Assembly (NCBI GenBank): GCA_965207885.1
Contig: OZ242311.1
Span: forward strand, 160,001 to 224,000
Length of the DNA stretch: 64,000 nucleotides
Direction of reading: 5' to 3'
Source of the DNA: Candidatus Latescibacterota bacterium
Lineage (GTDB): Bacteria > Latescibacterota > UBA2968
Shown here: one piece after another, positions 41,340 through 51,487 of the stretch
How positions within the stretch are numbered: the first letter of the stretch is position 1
Layout: every line of letters begins with the position of its first letter
Made by a program: the position numbers and the translations under genes
Notes under the pieces: model-generated
The model's database searches: none
What the model was told of the DNA's origin: nothing
What the model saw: the letters and a program-made list of their open reading frames with translations, nothing else

Positions 41340-43241
41340 ATGAAGAGGTTTGGAAAAATGCAGGATACTACACGCGCTGAACACTACCGATTTATGGGTA
41401 TGGATCAATTTCCAGTTGGCAAGGACCTGTGGATGGGCTATTCCGGGAATAAGCGTGCGGGGAAAATAGTCTCCAGTCAAATCATCGACTTGTTATGGCG
41501 ATGCAGAACATTTGCAACATTAGATGATCATGCCCAAAATTTGCTCGGCGCAAATATGAATGGCAATCACGCGCCAGTACATTGGTGGCAAGTTTTTCAG
41601 CGATTTCTCCCAAACCACAATCGCGGACACAGACGGTTAAAGGAAATCAAACAACAATTGCAGGAACTCGCTGATAATGGACTTCTTGTTGCATACCATG
41701 ATCTCATCAAAGCCTGCTTTAAAAAGGAATTCCAGGATCTTCCACATCAGACCATCACTTCGGTCGGCATTATGACCTGCAATCGCGTGGATTACTTAAA
41801 ACGCGCACTTTCCAGTTATGTTGCCAATGCCAAACAGTTCGAGAGAAAACAGGCGTTTATCGTTGTTGATGGGTCTGAACATGTTCATACAAGAAAAAAA
41901 TATCGGCAGGTATTGAAGAGCATGCAAAAGAGTTGTGAGGGGACGATTTACTATTGTGGATTAGAGGAAAAAAAGCAATTTGCCAAAAGGCTAATTGAGC
42001 AAGGTCTGCCGCCTGATGTTGTCAATTTTTCTTTGTTTGACGTAGAACAGTGTGGCAACTCCACAGGTATGAATCGAAACGCCCTGTTGTTGAGTACAGC
42101 GGGCGATCTTCTTTTTAGCGCAGATGACGATACGGTTTGCCGCATAGCTCCTGCGCCTCATTTTAAGGAAGGGCTTGCATTTAAGTCAGGCACAGACCCG
42201 AATGAGTGGTGGTTTTATCCCAACCGACAAGCTGGCCTTCGAGCCGTCAATTTTGCAAAATGGGATATTCTATCTGTTCACGAAACGCTGCTTGGAAAAG
42301 ATGTGGGGCAGTGTATCTCTGATTTTGGTAAAAATGAAATAGATTTTAATCAATTGGATGTGACATTTTTTGAACGCCTTGCGTCACGGGGCGGGCGCGT
42401 TTTGATCACCTTTAACGGATTGATCGGTGATTCGGGGAGCCGTTTGCCCACATATCAGTTTCTGTTAAACGATCAGTCCCACGAACGCTTTGTGCATTCA
42501 CACGCGGCTTATTGTTCTGCATGTACGTGTGGCGAAGTCCTCCGGTCAGTGAATCGTGCAACGGTCAGTGATGCTGCATTTTGTATGACGGGATTTGTGG
42601 GGTTGGACAATCGCACTTTGTTACCGCCCTTTATGCCCGTAAACCGCGGACAAGATGGTACTTTTGGTCTTACCTTGTGGACGTGTTTTACCAATTCTTG
42701 TTTTGGTCATTTGCCCTGGGCTGTTTTGCACGCACCGCTCCAGTCTCGAACTTTCTCGCGAGATGATATTTGGCAGAACGCATTGCTTATGAGAATTAAC
42801 GATCTGATCCGGATGATCATCCGGGCATATAAGACCAGACCCGGTCAGCTCAATGATGCAGAAAATCTACGCAATTTGGGTGATCATCTGATTGATCTGG
42901 GGAATATGCCACTTGACGACTTTGAAGAATTTGTTCGCTTGCTTCGATGCCAATGGGCGAGTGACAGAATTGTTGCTCTGGATCATCGCCTCAATATATA
43001 TCGGGGAAAACCCAATTATTGGGCACGGGATGTTGCAAAATATATTGATGTGCTCAAGGGCGTGATTTCGGCGCGGCCCGTGCCTCATGATCTGATGGAT
43101 GGCCGAAGCACAAAAGATGCGCGTCTTATGTCGCAGCGTTTGGTGGGGCGGTTTGGGCAACTCCTGACATGGTGGCCCGATATGGTTGACGTGGCAAAAT
43201 ACTTAAAAGAAAAAGGACAGGGACTCGCAAAGCCTGTTTGA
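41340..43241 (+). CDS. GT-A/GT2-like glycosyltransferase with N-terminal winged-helix (RRE-like) extension
   Basis: VGIMTCNR..L.RAL.SY, IVVDGS, SADDD (DxD); N-terminal LLWRCRTFATLDDHA...LQELADNGLL. Confidence 0.6.
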   Translation: MKRFGKMQDTTRAEHYRFMGMDQFPVGKDLWMGYSGNKRAGKIVSSQIIDLLWRCRTFATLDDHAQNLLGANMNGNHAPVHWWQVFQRFLPNHNRGHRRLKEIKQQLQELADNGLLVAYHDLIKACFKKEFQDLPHQTITSVGIMTCNRVDYLKRALSSYVANAKQFERKQAFIVVDGSEHVHTRKKYRQVLKSMQKSCEGTIYYCGLEEKKQFAKRLIEQGLPPDVVNFSLFDVEQCGNSTGMNRNALLLSTAGDLLFSADDDTVCRIAPAPHFKEGLAFKSGTDPNEWWFYPNRQAGLRAVNFAKWDILSVHETLLGKDVGQCISDFGKNEIDFNQLDVTFFERLASRGGRVLITFNGLIGDSGSRLPTYQFLLNDQSHERFVHSHAAYCSACTCGEVLRSVNRATVSDAAFCMTGFVGLDNRTLLPPFMPVNRGQDGTFGLTLWTCFTNSCFGHLPWAVLHAPLQSRTFSRDDIWQNALLMRINDLIRMIIRAYKTRPGQLNDAENLRNLGDHLIDLGNMPLDDFEEFVRLLRCQWASDRIVALDHRLNIYRGKPNYWARDVAKYIDVLKGVISARPVPHDLMDGRSTKDARLMSQRLVGRFGQLLTWWPDMVDVAKYLKEKGQGLAKPV

Positions 43242-43278
43242 GTTACACCTGATTATTGGCGGCGGGTATGGAAGTGCA

Positions 43279-45672
43279 ATGCTCAAAAATTACTTCACAG
43301 TTTCGATTCGAAACGTACTGCGAAACCGCATCTATTCCCTGATCAATATTTCGGGATTGGCAATGGGCATCGCGCTTTGCATTTTGGCCTATCTGTATGT
43401 TTATCACGAGTGGACTTACGACACATTTCACAAAAATGCAGACCGCATTTACAGGGTCTATAAAATACAAGAGCAGGTACGCGGTCAAAGATCAATAAGT
43501 GCTTTTGTTCGCGCACCACTGGCACCGGCACTTGAGAATCAATTCGCGGACATTGAGCACTGCGTTAGACTGACAAAAAAAAAGGCTCAGATGAAATATG
43601 GCGATAAAGCCTTTCATGAAGATATACTCTTTGTCGATACAGGCTTTTTCGATGTATTCACTTTTCCGCTGCTTCAGGGGCAATCTGAATCTGTTTTTAT
43701 GCATAAAAATTCGATTGTTTTGAGCGAGAGGATGGCCCGTAAATATTTCGGTGATGAATATCCTCTATATGAGAAACTCTCGGTGAAATTATGGGAGGTA
43801 CACGAATTTATTGTCACGGGAATTGCGAAGAATCCCCCTGAAAATTCCAGTATTCAATTTGATTTTTTACTGCCGTATCAGAGTATGCCGCTTTTTGGAA
43901 CGGATATCGACAGTTGGAATATTTATATGCCAACTTCGCTTTATGTCCAATTGTCCGGTGCAGCACGGGCGACAGACCTTGAAGCGCGATTTCCAGACCT
44001 TGTTGAAGAGGTTATACACAAAAGCGCGAGCAGGTTCCCATTCCAGTTAAAACTGCAACCGATAACAGAAATACATCTCAATCCTGACATTTCTGGCCCT
44101 GAATCTGTGGGCAATCCGATCCATGCCTATATTTTATCGGGCATTGCACTGGGAGTTCTTCTGATTGCGTGTATCAATTTTGTGAACCTGTCCATTGCGA
44201 TTTCTTTTACACGCGCAAAAGAAATTGGCATGCGCAAGGTGGTTGGTGCTTCACGCCTGCAACTCGTTCAGCAGTTCTGGTGTGAGTCCTTTTTATTGAC
44301 ACTGATCTCCTGTATTCTTGGCGCAGTGCTGGCAGTATCTTTTTTGCCGACCTTTAATCGCTTAATGTATAAGCGTCTCTCCATTGATTATTACACCCAT
44401 GATATTACGATTGTCGTGCTTTTTGGCCTGATATTTTGCGTGAGTTTTATTGCCGGTGGTTATCCCGCAGCATTCTTGTCGGGGTTTCGTCCTGTAGAAT
44501 CATTAAAGAATACATTGAATATCGAGTGGAGAAATTATTTTCGTCAGGGCTTTGTCCTCTTTCAGTTCATATTATCTACATTTTTTATCATCAGCACGAT
44601 TCTTATGTACAGTCAAATAGGTTTTTTGAAATCCAAAAATTTGGGTTTTGATGCAGAGCAAATCGTTGTATTCCGCATCGACAATTTGGAATCTGCTGAT
44701 CGGGTGCGGATGCTGGATATTTTCAAGAATGAATTACCCAAACATCCTACCATCCTGGGGGTTTCTGGGGCTTCTTTTATTTTTAACGATCCATTTATTG
44801 GACGCGCTTTTTATTCGTTAAAGAATGGGGATAGAAAACGAATTGAGATTCATCTTTTGGGCGTTGATAGCGATTTTTTTTCTATGCTCGATATTGACTT
44901 AGATAGTGGTCGCGGTTTCAGGCAGGGAAGCGCGCCCGATGGCATTGTGATAAACAATGCGTGGAAAGAGAGTTTTCAGTGGGATGAACCGATGGAAAAT
45001 TATGTCAGATATAGATTCGAAGACTTGCGATATCCCACACTCCAAAATCCTCGGGTAATCGGCGTTGTAGAAGATTTTCATTCTTTGTCACTGCACCATG
45101 CGATTAAACCTACAATTTTCTATCAGACTTCCTCCCCCAGATATTTGTACGTTAAAATTCGTTCTGACAATATCTCCACTGCGCTGTCATTAATAAAAGA
45201 TAAGTGGAATGAATTTGATGCTGGCCTTCCTTTCGAATACATGTTTCTGGACAAACACGTTGAACGTCAGTATCGAGAAGAAGAAAGATGGGGGCAGGTT
45301 GTTGCGTATGCCTCCTGTTTTGCAATTGTTATTGCCTGCCTCGGTGCCCTTGGCTTGACAATGCTTGCAATGGCCCGGAGAACAAAAGAGATCGGCATTC
45401 GAAAAATCCTCGGCGCATCTGTTCTGCACATTATCTCGTTGGTTTCAAGAGACTTTCTGCGACTGGTGTTCATTGGCAATGTGATTGCCTGGCCTATTGC
45501 TTATTATGTCATAGACCGTTGGTTACAGGATTTTTCTTACCGAATAGATCCCAATATTGGGCATTTTCTGTTCGGCGGGGGACTCGTCGTGATTATCGTA
45601 TTTTTGACGGTGGGCTGTTTGGCTGTCAAGGTCGCCAAAAATGATCCCGTGAAAGCCATTCGGTATGAATAG
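43279..45672 (+). CDS. ABC transporter permease (MacB/FtsX-like, duplicated)
   Basis: MLKNYF..RN, INISGLAMG, two R.KEIG.RK..GA motifs, NLGFD, DPVKAIRYE. Confidence 0.93.
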   Translation: MLKNYFTVSIRNVLRNRIYSLINISGLAMGIALCILAYLYVYHEWTYDTFHKNADRIYRVYKIQEQVRGQRSISAFVRAPLAPALENQFADIEHCVRLTKKKAQMKYGDKAFHEDILFVDTGFFDVFTFPLLQGQSESVFMHKNSIVLSERMARKYFGDEYPLYEKLSVKLWEVHEFIVTGIAKNPPENSSIQFDFLLPYQSMPLFGTDIDSWNIYMPTSLYVQLSGAARATDLEARFPDLVEEVIHKSASRFPFQLKLQPITEIHLNPDISGPESVGNPIHAYILSGIALGVLLIACINFVNLSIAISFTRAKEIGMRKVVGASRLQLVQQFWCESFLLTLISCILGAVLAVSFLPTFNRLMYKRLSIDYYTHDITIVVLFGLIFCVSFIAGGYPAAFLSGFRPVESLKNTLNIEWRNYFRQGFVLFQFILSTFFIISTILMYSQIGFLKSKNLGFDAEQIVVFRIDNLESADRVRMLDIFKNELPKHPTILGVSGASFIFNDPFIGRAFYSLKNGDRKRIEIHLLGVDSDFFSMLDIDLDSGRGFRQGSAPDGIVINNAWKESFQWDEPMENYVRYRFEDLRYPTLQNPRVIGVVEDFHSLSLHHAIKPTIFYQTSSPRYLYVKIRSDNISTALSLIKDKWNEFDAGLPFEYMFLDKHVERQYREEERWGQVVAYASCFAIVIACLGALGLTMLAMARRTKEIGIRKILGASVLHIISLVSRDFLRLVFIGNVIAWPIAYYVIDRWLQDFSYRIDPNIGHFLFGGGLVVIIVFLTVGCLAVKVAKNDPVKAIRYE

Positions 45673-45716
45673 GCGCACTTTTATACTATTTACGGTAAGA
45701 CAGGAAGTTTATAGAA

Positions 45717-48700
45717 ATGAAATATTCTCTTTCAATTTTATTGCTCGTGTTTTCTGCTACGGTGCAGTGTGAGGATTTGCCGCAACGCGAAGCGGTTCCC
45801 CGTCTGGCGGTGTTTCCGTTGGTTTCGGAGAAAGATCCCGATTACGGGGTTTTTATGGCTGACCGCCTGGTGGATGAGTTGATGCGCCATCGGGATATTC
45901 CCGCGTATCAGGGGCGCTGGTTTGAACTGGTAGAGCCTGATACGATTCCACGGCGCAGGATGAAGGGGATGGTGGAGACCAAACAGGCGTTGAAAGATTA
46001 TGATTTGTTTTTGTTGAAAACAGCGGCTCGCGCAGAGCAGGCATTGATCGGATTTGTTTCTGATGCTGGGACGCGCACATTGCATGTGCGGATTGTGGAT
46101 CTGGACACTGGGGAACCGGTTTGGATGGGCAAGGCGCGGGATGATGTCAAATGGCAGTGGATCTATGCCCAGCGCGATATAGGAGAGATTGCACTGGGCA
46201 ATTTGATGGCGCAACTCGGCTTTCAGGAGGCCAATCGGCATGGGAGGATGATGCGGTCAGATGAATGGCCGTTGCAGGTGGTATTCGCGCCTTTGCACAC
46301 TTCGCAAAAAGCGCTGGTGGGAGGATATGTGCGGTTGATTAGAGAGGGTATGATAGGTGATGGGTTATTTGATAGATTGGATATGTCACAGCCAATAGGC
46401 AGGCGACTGAATACTGCGGATCGGACGTTGTTGTCGCATAAGGCAGATGCTGTTTTATGCGGTAGTTTGATGGCTACGGGCAAGGACAATGCGATCAATG
46501 CTGTGGGGGTTGCATTGCGGCTGATTGATACGTCTTCTGGGCGTGTTTTGTGGGCGGGCAGTGCCAATGGTCGGCGCGTCTGGCGCAAGGATCGGTTTGA
46601 CGATTTGTCGCAGACGATTGCCACAGATCTGGTCGCGGGATTGGCAAAGGTTAAATCGGGTACTCAGACAGATGCCTGGGCAAATCAACCGGAACCTCAA
46701 GACGGACCGAGCTGGGTGAATCGGGGGATGGTCGCGCTGGAGCGCGGGCTTTTGAGCGATGCTGAAGAGGCATTTTTAAAGGCAGAGTCTTTTGAGGGTA
46801 GTGAGGTGCTATCTTATGAGGGGTTAGGGCGGGTTTATGCGCGACGCCCAGCCCTGAGGCAGCGCGCTGTTTCGTATTTTTATCGCGCTATAGAGGCGGA
46901 TACGACGCGCGCAGATTTGTATTACCAGATGGCGTCGGTGTATTTTGATATCGGTACGGATCAGTGCGTAGATATGGCGTCTCGAGCGATTGCGATTGAT
47001 TCGACGTATAGCGCGCCCTATCAGTTGTTGGGTGACTGGTTTGCGCGCGATGATTTTTACGCTTTGCCTCAGGACAATACAACAGCCGCTGCGTATTATA
47101 CGCACTATTTGTCTCTGGAACCGGATGATGTTGATGCGGTGACAAAGCTGGGTGCTGTGTTGTTGCGCATGGAGGATCAGCAGGCGATCGCGCGACAGAT
47201 TTTGCCCTTTATGAAACGCCATCCAGAGGCGCTTGATTTGTTGCCCGTTGCAGCACAATGGGCTTATCGGGCGGGGGATTACGAGCGCGCTTCGGAGTAT
47301 TGGGATCGGTTTTTGGAGCGGATTGATGCACAGACGCTGGCGTTGCACGTTGATCCAACCCCTATTTTGTCAGATGCTCAACGCGCGACCTACAATGCGC
47401 TTTCTAAGGGGGAGAAGCAAAATTTTATCGATCGGTTCTGGATGCAAAAGGATCTGGATCCGACTACAGAAGTGAATGAGCGTTTGCAAGAACACTATCA
47501 GCGGGTGTGGATGGCGCGGCAATATTTCGCAGGGTCTGCGTATCCATGGGATCGGCGAGGTGAGGTGTATTTGCGCTATGGAGAGCCGGATTATCGTTCG
47601 CGGTCTGGTCGCGCGCCTGGAGTAATGAGTGTTGCGGTGCAGCGGGTGAAAGACGAGTTGTACGCGCAGTTGTACACGCGTCCACACGAAGGCGCACTTG
47701 TGGGCACGGTGTTTCCTGTGCGGAGTTCGCGGGCGATGTTTGCCGATTCGTTTAATCTGATGGGAAGAAATGACGCGGATTCTCACACGATGGGCGATGG
47801 TTATTTGCCCGTCACCTCAGGGGAAGATAATAGTCTCGTGCCCTGGGAATCGTGGGTGTATGTGACGGTTGGCGGGGGGATGGAGATTACATTTACGGAT
47901 GAGATGGGATCGGGGCATTTCAATTTTGCGCCGATTCCGCTGCGCCAGCCGATAGGGATGCGGTCCATTGCCAGGATTCAGGAAAATGCGCCGGAAACGT
48001 TTTATATGCAGGCTGTAGGCGAGATGCCGGAGCAATATCGACCGTGGTGGCAAACGCGGGCGTTGGAATTTTATTACGATGTGGCCGATGCGCGCGGGGG
48101 ATATTTCATGACGCGGGTGGATGTGGCCTATGGTTTACCGATAGATGTGGAGAAGACCGGAAGGGGCGATTTGACACTATCTATTGCGCTTTATGATTCG
48201 GTGACAAACCGCGCGTTTCGCACGCGCCGAACGGTTGTGCGGAAAGACACGCTATCTGATTCGAATGCTATGCTGACCGATTTGTTGACCTTGCCCGTGC
48301 CGCCCGGCACATATCATTTGACGGTGAAGGCAGAGAATGTCAGTGCCAATCGCGTCAGTTTGTTGCAGCAGGTTCTTGCGGTTGAGTCTTATGGTGATTC
48401 GGAATTGCAGATGAGCGATCCGGTATTGGCCGCGCAGATTGACGAGATGGATGTGGATGATTCTTTTCGCCGAAAGAATTTGCGGGTGTTGCCTTTGCCT
48501 ACGCGCGCATTTCTCATTGGGCAGGAGATGGGGTTGTATTTTGAGGTTTATAATCTGGTGGCAGACGAGTTTGGGCAGACGCGCTATCGCGTGACGATTC
48601 AGATTGCGGCTCTGGAGCAGGTAGAGGGTTTGCGCATGCTGTTGACTGGGCAGGAGGTCAATCCCGAAGTGTCGATGTCATTTGAACAGGTGGATACACA

Positions 48701-48836
48701 GCCGAGCGTGCAGGTTTATCAGTTTGTCGATCTGACAAAGGCGAAACAGGGGCGCAATCGGGTGAAAATTATCGTAGAAGACTTAAATGCACAGCGTCGT
48801 GTTTCAAAGGAGATTGTGTTTCGATATGGGAAATAG
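45717..48836 (+). CDS. GWxTD-domain protein with TPR repeats and CsgG-like N-terminal repeats
   Basis: FW..KDLDPTTEVNERLQEHYQR, WDRRGEVYLRYGEPD, PWESWVY; TPR-like helices; signal peptide. Confidence 0.8.
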   Translation: MKYSLSILLLVFSATVQCEDLPQREAVPRLAVFPLVSEKDPDYGVFMADRLVDELMRHRDIPAYQGRWFELVEPDTIPRRRMKGMVETKQALKDYDLFLLKTAARAEQALIGFVSDAGTRTLHVRIVDLDTGEPVWMGKARDDVKWQWIYAQRDIGEIALGNLMAQLGFQEANRHGRMMRSDEWPLQVVFAPLHTSQKALVGGYVRLIREGMIGDGLFDRLDMSQPIGRRLNTADRTLLSHKADAVLCGSLMATGKDNAINAVGVALRLIDTSSGRVLWAGSANGRRVWRKDRFDDLSQTIATDLVAGLAKVKSGTQTDAWANQPEPQDGPSWVNRGMVALERGLLSDAEEAFLKAESFEGSEVLSYEGLGRVYARRPALRQRAVSYFYRAIEADTTRADLYYQMASVYFDIGTDQCVDMASRAIAIDSTYSAPYQLLGDWFARDDFYALPQDNTTAAAYYTHYLSLEPDDVDAVTKLGAVLLRMEDQQAIARQILPFMKRHPEALDLLPVAAQWAYRAGDYERASEYWDRFLERIDAQTLALHVDPTPILSDAQRATYNALSKGEKQNFIDRFWMQKDLDPTTEVNERLQEHYQRVWMARQYFAGSAYPWDRRGEVYLRYGEPDYRSRSGRAPGVMSVAVQRVKDELYAQLYTRPHEGALVGTVFPVRSSRAMFADSFNLMGRNDADSHTMGDGYLPVTSGEDNSLVPWESWVYVTVGGGMEITFTDEMGSGHFNFAPIPLRQPIGMRSIARIQENAPETFYMQAVGEMPEQYRPWWQTRALEFYYDVADARGGYFMTRVDVAYGLPIDVEKTGRGDLTLSIALYDSVTNRAFRTRRTVVRKDTLSDSNAMLTDLLTLPVPPGTYHLTVKAENVSANRVSLLQQVLAVESYGDSELQMSDPVLAAQIDEMDVDDSFRRKNLRVLPLPTRAFLIGQEMGLYFEVYNLVADEFGQTRYRVTIQIAALEQVEGLRMLLTGQEVNPEVSMSFEQVDTQPSVQVYQFVDLTKAKQGRNRVKIIVEDLNAQRRVSKEIVFRYGK

Positions 48837-50385
48837 TGTCACATACCTTTTATTGTGTCTTTTATTGTTCGCCGGGTGTGAATCTCGGCGCGATCTCGCT
48901 ACTGATCCGGCCAATTCGCCGGTTGTAGTCCCCTTTGATCTGAGATATGACGAGGAGCAGAATGCGGTTGTACTCGAATGGGAATATCTGGGTATTGAAC
49001 CCGTGGTGCGCTATCAATTTTGGCGCGTTGAGCGCGATGGCATTCACACGCTTCCCTGGTATAATTTCCCTGCACCTTCGCGGGAAGTGAACCGCCGTGC
49101 AGATGTATGGGATATGATGCCAATAGTAGATGCTGCCATCCATGCTGGCGAAAAATATATTTATATCCTGCGTACGGAAACAGCCGGAAAACGACTGGCA
49201 GAAGCTCCTGTAGGCGAGGTGCAGATTCCCGGGGCGATATTGGCAGACATCCAGTTTTTGCCCGAAGAGGGTACAGCGACTGTCAATTGGCATTTGGTGG
49301 CAGGTGTTCCCCGTCGCTATGAGCTGTTGCGTGCTGTAGATGATGCGGCAGAGCAGGTGATTTTTCAGTCTGAAGATCCCACCGTTGCGAGTTTTACCGA
49401 TGTGATTATAGAGGGTAACCGCAAATATACGTATCGCTTGCGGAATACGATGGATCGCGGTGTGGTGCTCGATAGTCGCGAGATGTCTCTACACCCGTAT
49501 AAACGACGATTTGAGTTCAATATTGTCGAGGCACCAAGCGTGTTTGTGGCTTTGACGCCTGCTGCGGCTTTTGCAAGTCCCGCCCTATCGTTGCTCGCGA
49601 CATCCGATGCCATTTCCATACGCGATCTCAATCAGACGGGGTATGTGGGTAATTCTCGCATGCTGCCCGTGCCCAATCGCGCGAGGTTGCGGTTGAACTC
49701 TCTTTCTGTTGCTACGATTTCTGCTGGGTCTCCTGTTGCTCCCCATGTGTTGCTCGGCGGCATTTTGTCAGAGACCAGAGAGGTGCAACTTTCTGCGTTT
49801 CGGTCAACTCAGTTGAGAATCTCTAAGATTCCCTGGCAATACGAGGACTGGCGCGTTGTGGATTCTGAGTTGCCTACCGCGATAACGATTGCGCGAGATG
49901 GCACGATTTGGGTGGGTATTGGACAGAGGTTAAAGGCATTCTCATTCGATACAAATAATATTGTTGAACGTGGGTCCTATGATACGGGCATTGAAGGTGC
50001 GATCCAAAGTCTTGCGGTTTTGGGACCTGATATCTGGATGGTGACGACATTGGGAGAGGTTTTTCGAATGGATACAAGTCACATGGGGGCACAGCCTGTT
50101 TGGGATGAAGTTGTGTTGCCCGATGGTGTTTTTCCCGTGTGGGTTAGCAGTGGTCCTGATTCTAAAACTGTATTTGTACTGGCTCGGGATCGGATTATGG
50201 TTTTTAATGCTGACGGACAGCCTGTATTGTGGTGGGGTGGTTTGGATGATCTAATTTTGGATTCTGCGGGTTTGATTGTTTCCGAGTTTGAAGATGTGTA
50301 TGTATGGGATGCACAAAATCATATTGTTCTGTTTAAGAGTGTACCTGCGTTGCTGGTGCGTTTTGCCGAAGAAAACCCGAATTGA
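48826..50385 (+). CDS. Hypothetical lipoprotein, paralog of 39610-41316
   Basis: Lipobox FAGC; FN3-like motifs. Confidence 0.65.
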   Translation: MGNSVTYLLLCLLLFAGCESRRDLATDPANSPVVVPFDLRYDEEQNAVVLEWEYLGIEPVVRYQFWRVERDGIHTLPWYNFPAPSREVNRRADVWDMMPIVDAAIHAGEKYIYILRTETAGKRLAEAPVGEVQIPGAILADIQFLPEEGTATVNWHLVAGVPRRYELLRAVDDAAEQVIFQSEDPTVASFTDVIIEGNRKYTYRLRNTMDRGVVLDSREMSLHPYKRRFEFNIVEAPSVFVALTPAAAFASPALSLLATSDAISIRDLNQTGYVGNSRMLPVPNRARLRLNSLSVATISAGSPVAPHVLLGGILSETREVQLSAFRSTQLRISKIPWQYEDWRVVDSELPTAITIARDGTIWVGIGQRLKAFSFDTNNIVERGSYDTGIEGAIQSLAVLGPDIWMVTTLGEVFRMDTSHMGAQPVWDEVVLPDGVFPVWVSSGPDSKTVFVLARDRIMVFNADGQPVLWWGGLDDLILDSAGLIVSEFEDVYVWDAQNHIVLFKSVPALLVRFAEENPN

Positions 50386-50404
50386 TTGTTCGCGGCGGGG
50401 TCTT

Positions 50405-51166
50405 ATGATGAGATTTTTTATTTTTGTCGCACTTATTGGTGCCTTTGGTATTGCAGGTGCTCAGGATGTTCCGCCTTATGTTCGAGAGGCTGAAGCGCGC
50501 TATAAACAGGGGGATTATGCAGGTGCGATAGGGTATTTGTTGGCTGTGCCGGGTGTGGCGCAACTCTCACCGAAGCTGACGCCGATGAATCGAGATTCGC
50601 GTGCATGTCTGTTTTTTGATCTGGGCTGTTGTTATCTCGCGGCAGGGGATTCTCTGCGTGCCGATTGGGCATTTCGAGAGGCTTTTGCTTTGAATAATCG
50701 ATTGGATCGGGGATATTTTAAAAATGCAGATCCGGGCGCGTTCTGGTGGGCTTTGTTGCACGGTGAGGAGGCCGCACGTCGCCTGAAGACCAAACGCTTG
50801 TTTTCTGCGATGCGATCTTTGTTCGTTCCCGGATGGGGTCAGTTTTACCGGGGGTATAAGAAAAAGGGATATGTGTTTCTCGGTGCAGTGGTTGGTACGT
50901 CTGTTGCACTGAGTTTTCAGTATCAGAATTTTCAGAGTGCCCGCGATCACTACAATCAGACGAATATATTTCAACATATAAACCAGCGATATACAAATGA
51001 GGATGGGACGCGCTATACCGAGTGGGAGGCGCGTCATCGAGAGGTCAAGTCCAGTGAAAAACGGGTGAATATTCTAATCGGTGTGCTCGGTGCGATTTGG
51101 GTTCTGAATCTATTTGATAGCGTGGTTTTTGAGCCAGCACCTATGGGTTTGACAGTCGCATTTTGA
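50405..51166 (+). CDS. TPR + DUF5683-like membrane protein
   Basis: SAMRSLFVPGWGQFY motif; TPR-like N-terminus; signal peptide. Confidence 0.7.
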   Translation: MMRFFIFVALIGAFGIAGAQDVPPYVREAEARYKQGDYAGAIGYLLAVPGVAQLSPKLTPMNRDSRACLFFDLGCCYLAAGDSLRADWAFREAFALNNRLDRGYFKNADPGAFWWALLHGEEAARRLKTKRLFSAMRSLFVPGWGQFYRGYKKKGYVFLGAVVGTSVALSFQYQNFQSARDHYNQTNIFQHINQRYTNEDGTRYTEWEARHREVKSSEKRVNILIGVLGAIWVLNLFDSVVFEPAPMGLTVAF

Positions 51167-51195
51167 TTTTTTTAAATCTATTGTCTTAAACCGGT

Positions 51196-51305
51196 GTCGT
51201 AAGACTTGGGCAGAATCAGGTAGCAGGGGATGCTTGGCACAACGTTTCGGTTGCGTCCCCGTCTAAAGCAGCGAAGATTGCACCCTGCCCATCGCGTCTT
51301 GTGAT
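51196..51305. other. Long interrupted palindrome, candidate structured RNA/DNA element
   Basis: Nested pairings GTCGTAAGAC/GTCTTGTGAT, TGGGCAG/CTGCCCA, AATC/GATT, GGGGATGC/GCGTCCCC. Confidence 0.4.
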
Positions 51306-51387
51306 TGATGGCAGATATCAGGACCAAACGATGCACAACATCACCAGACCATTTCAGAATCGTCCTATGTAACCTGTTCAGGAATCA

Positions 51388-51440
51388 CTAAAATGAAAAG
51401 AGCGAGTCCTTTTTGACTCGCTCTTATTTTATTTTAAATA
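51388..51440. repeat. Terminator-type repeat, copy A (partial)
   Basis: CTAAAATGAAAAGAGCGAGTC-cttttt-GACTCGCTCTT. Confidence 0.85.
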
Positions 51441-51487
51441 CTTTGTTGATGACAACCAAAACCTTCTGGATCTTGGCTCAAGCATGC

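Noticed and set aside
51196-51305. SRP RNA (CAGG...AGCAG) or sigma-54 promoter (TTGGCAC at 51234)
   Set aside because: The CAGG-AGCAG distance is far too long with no GNRA helix; there is no GC at the -12 spacing.
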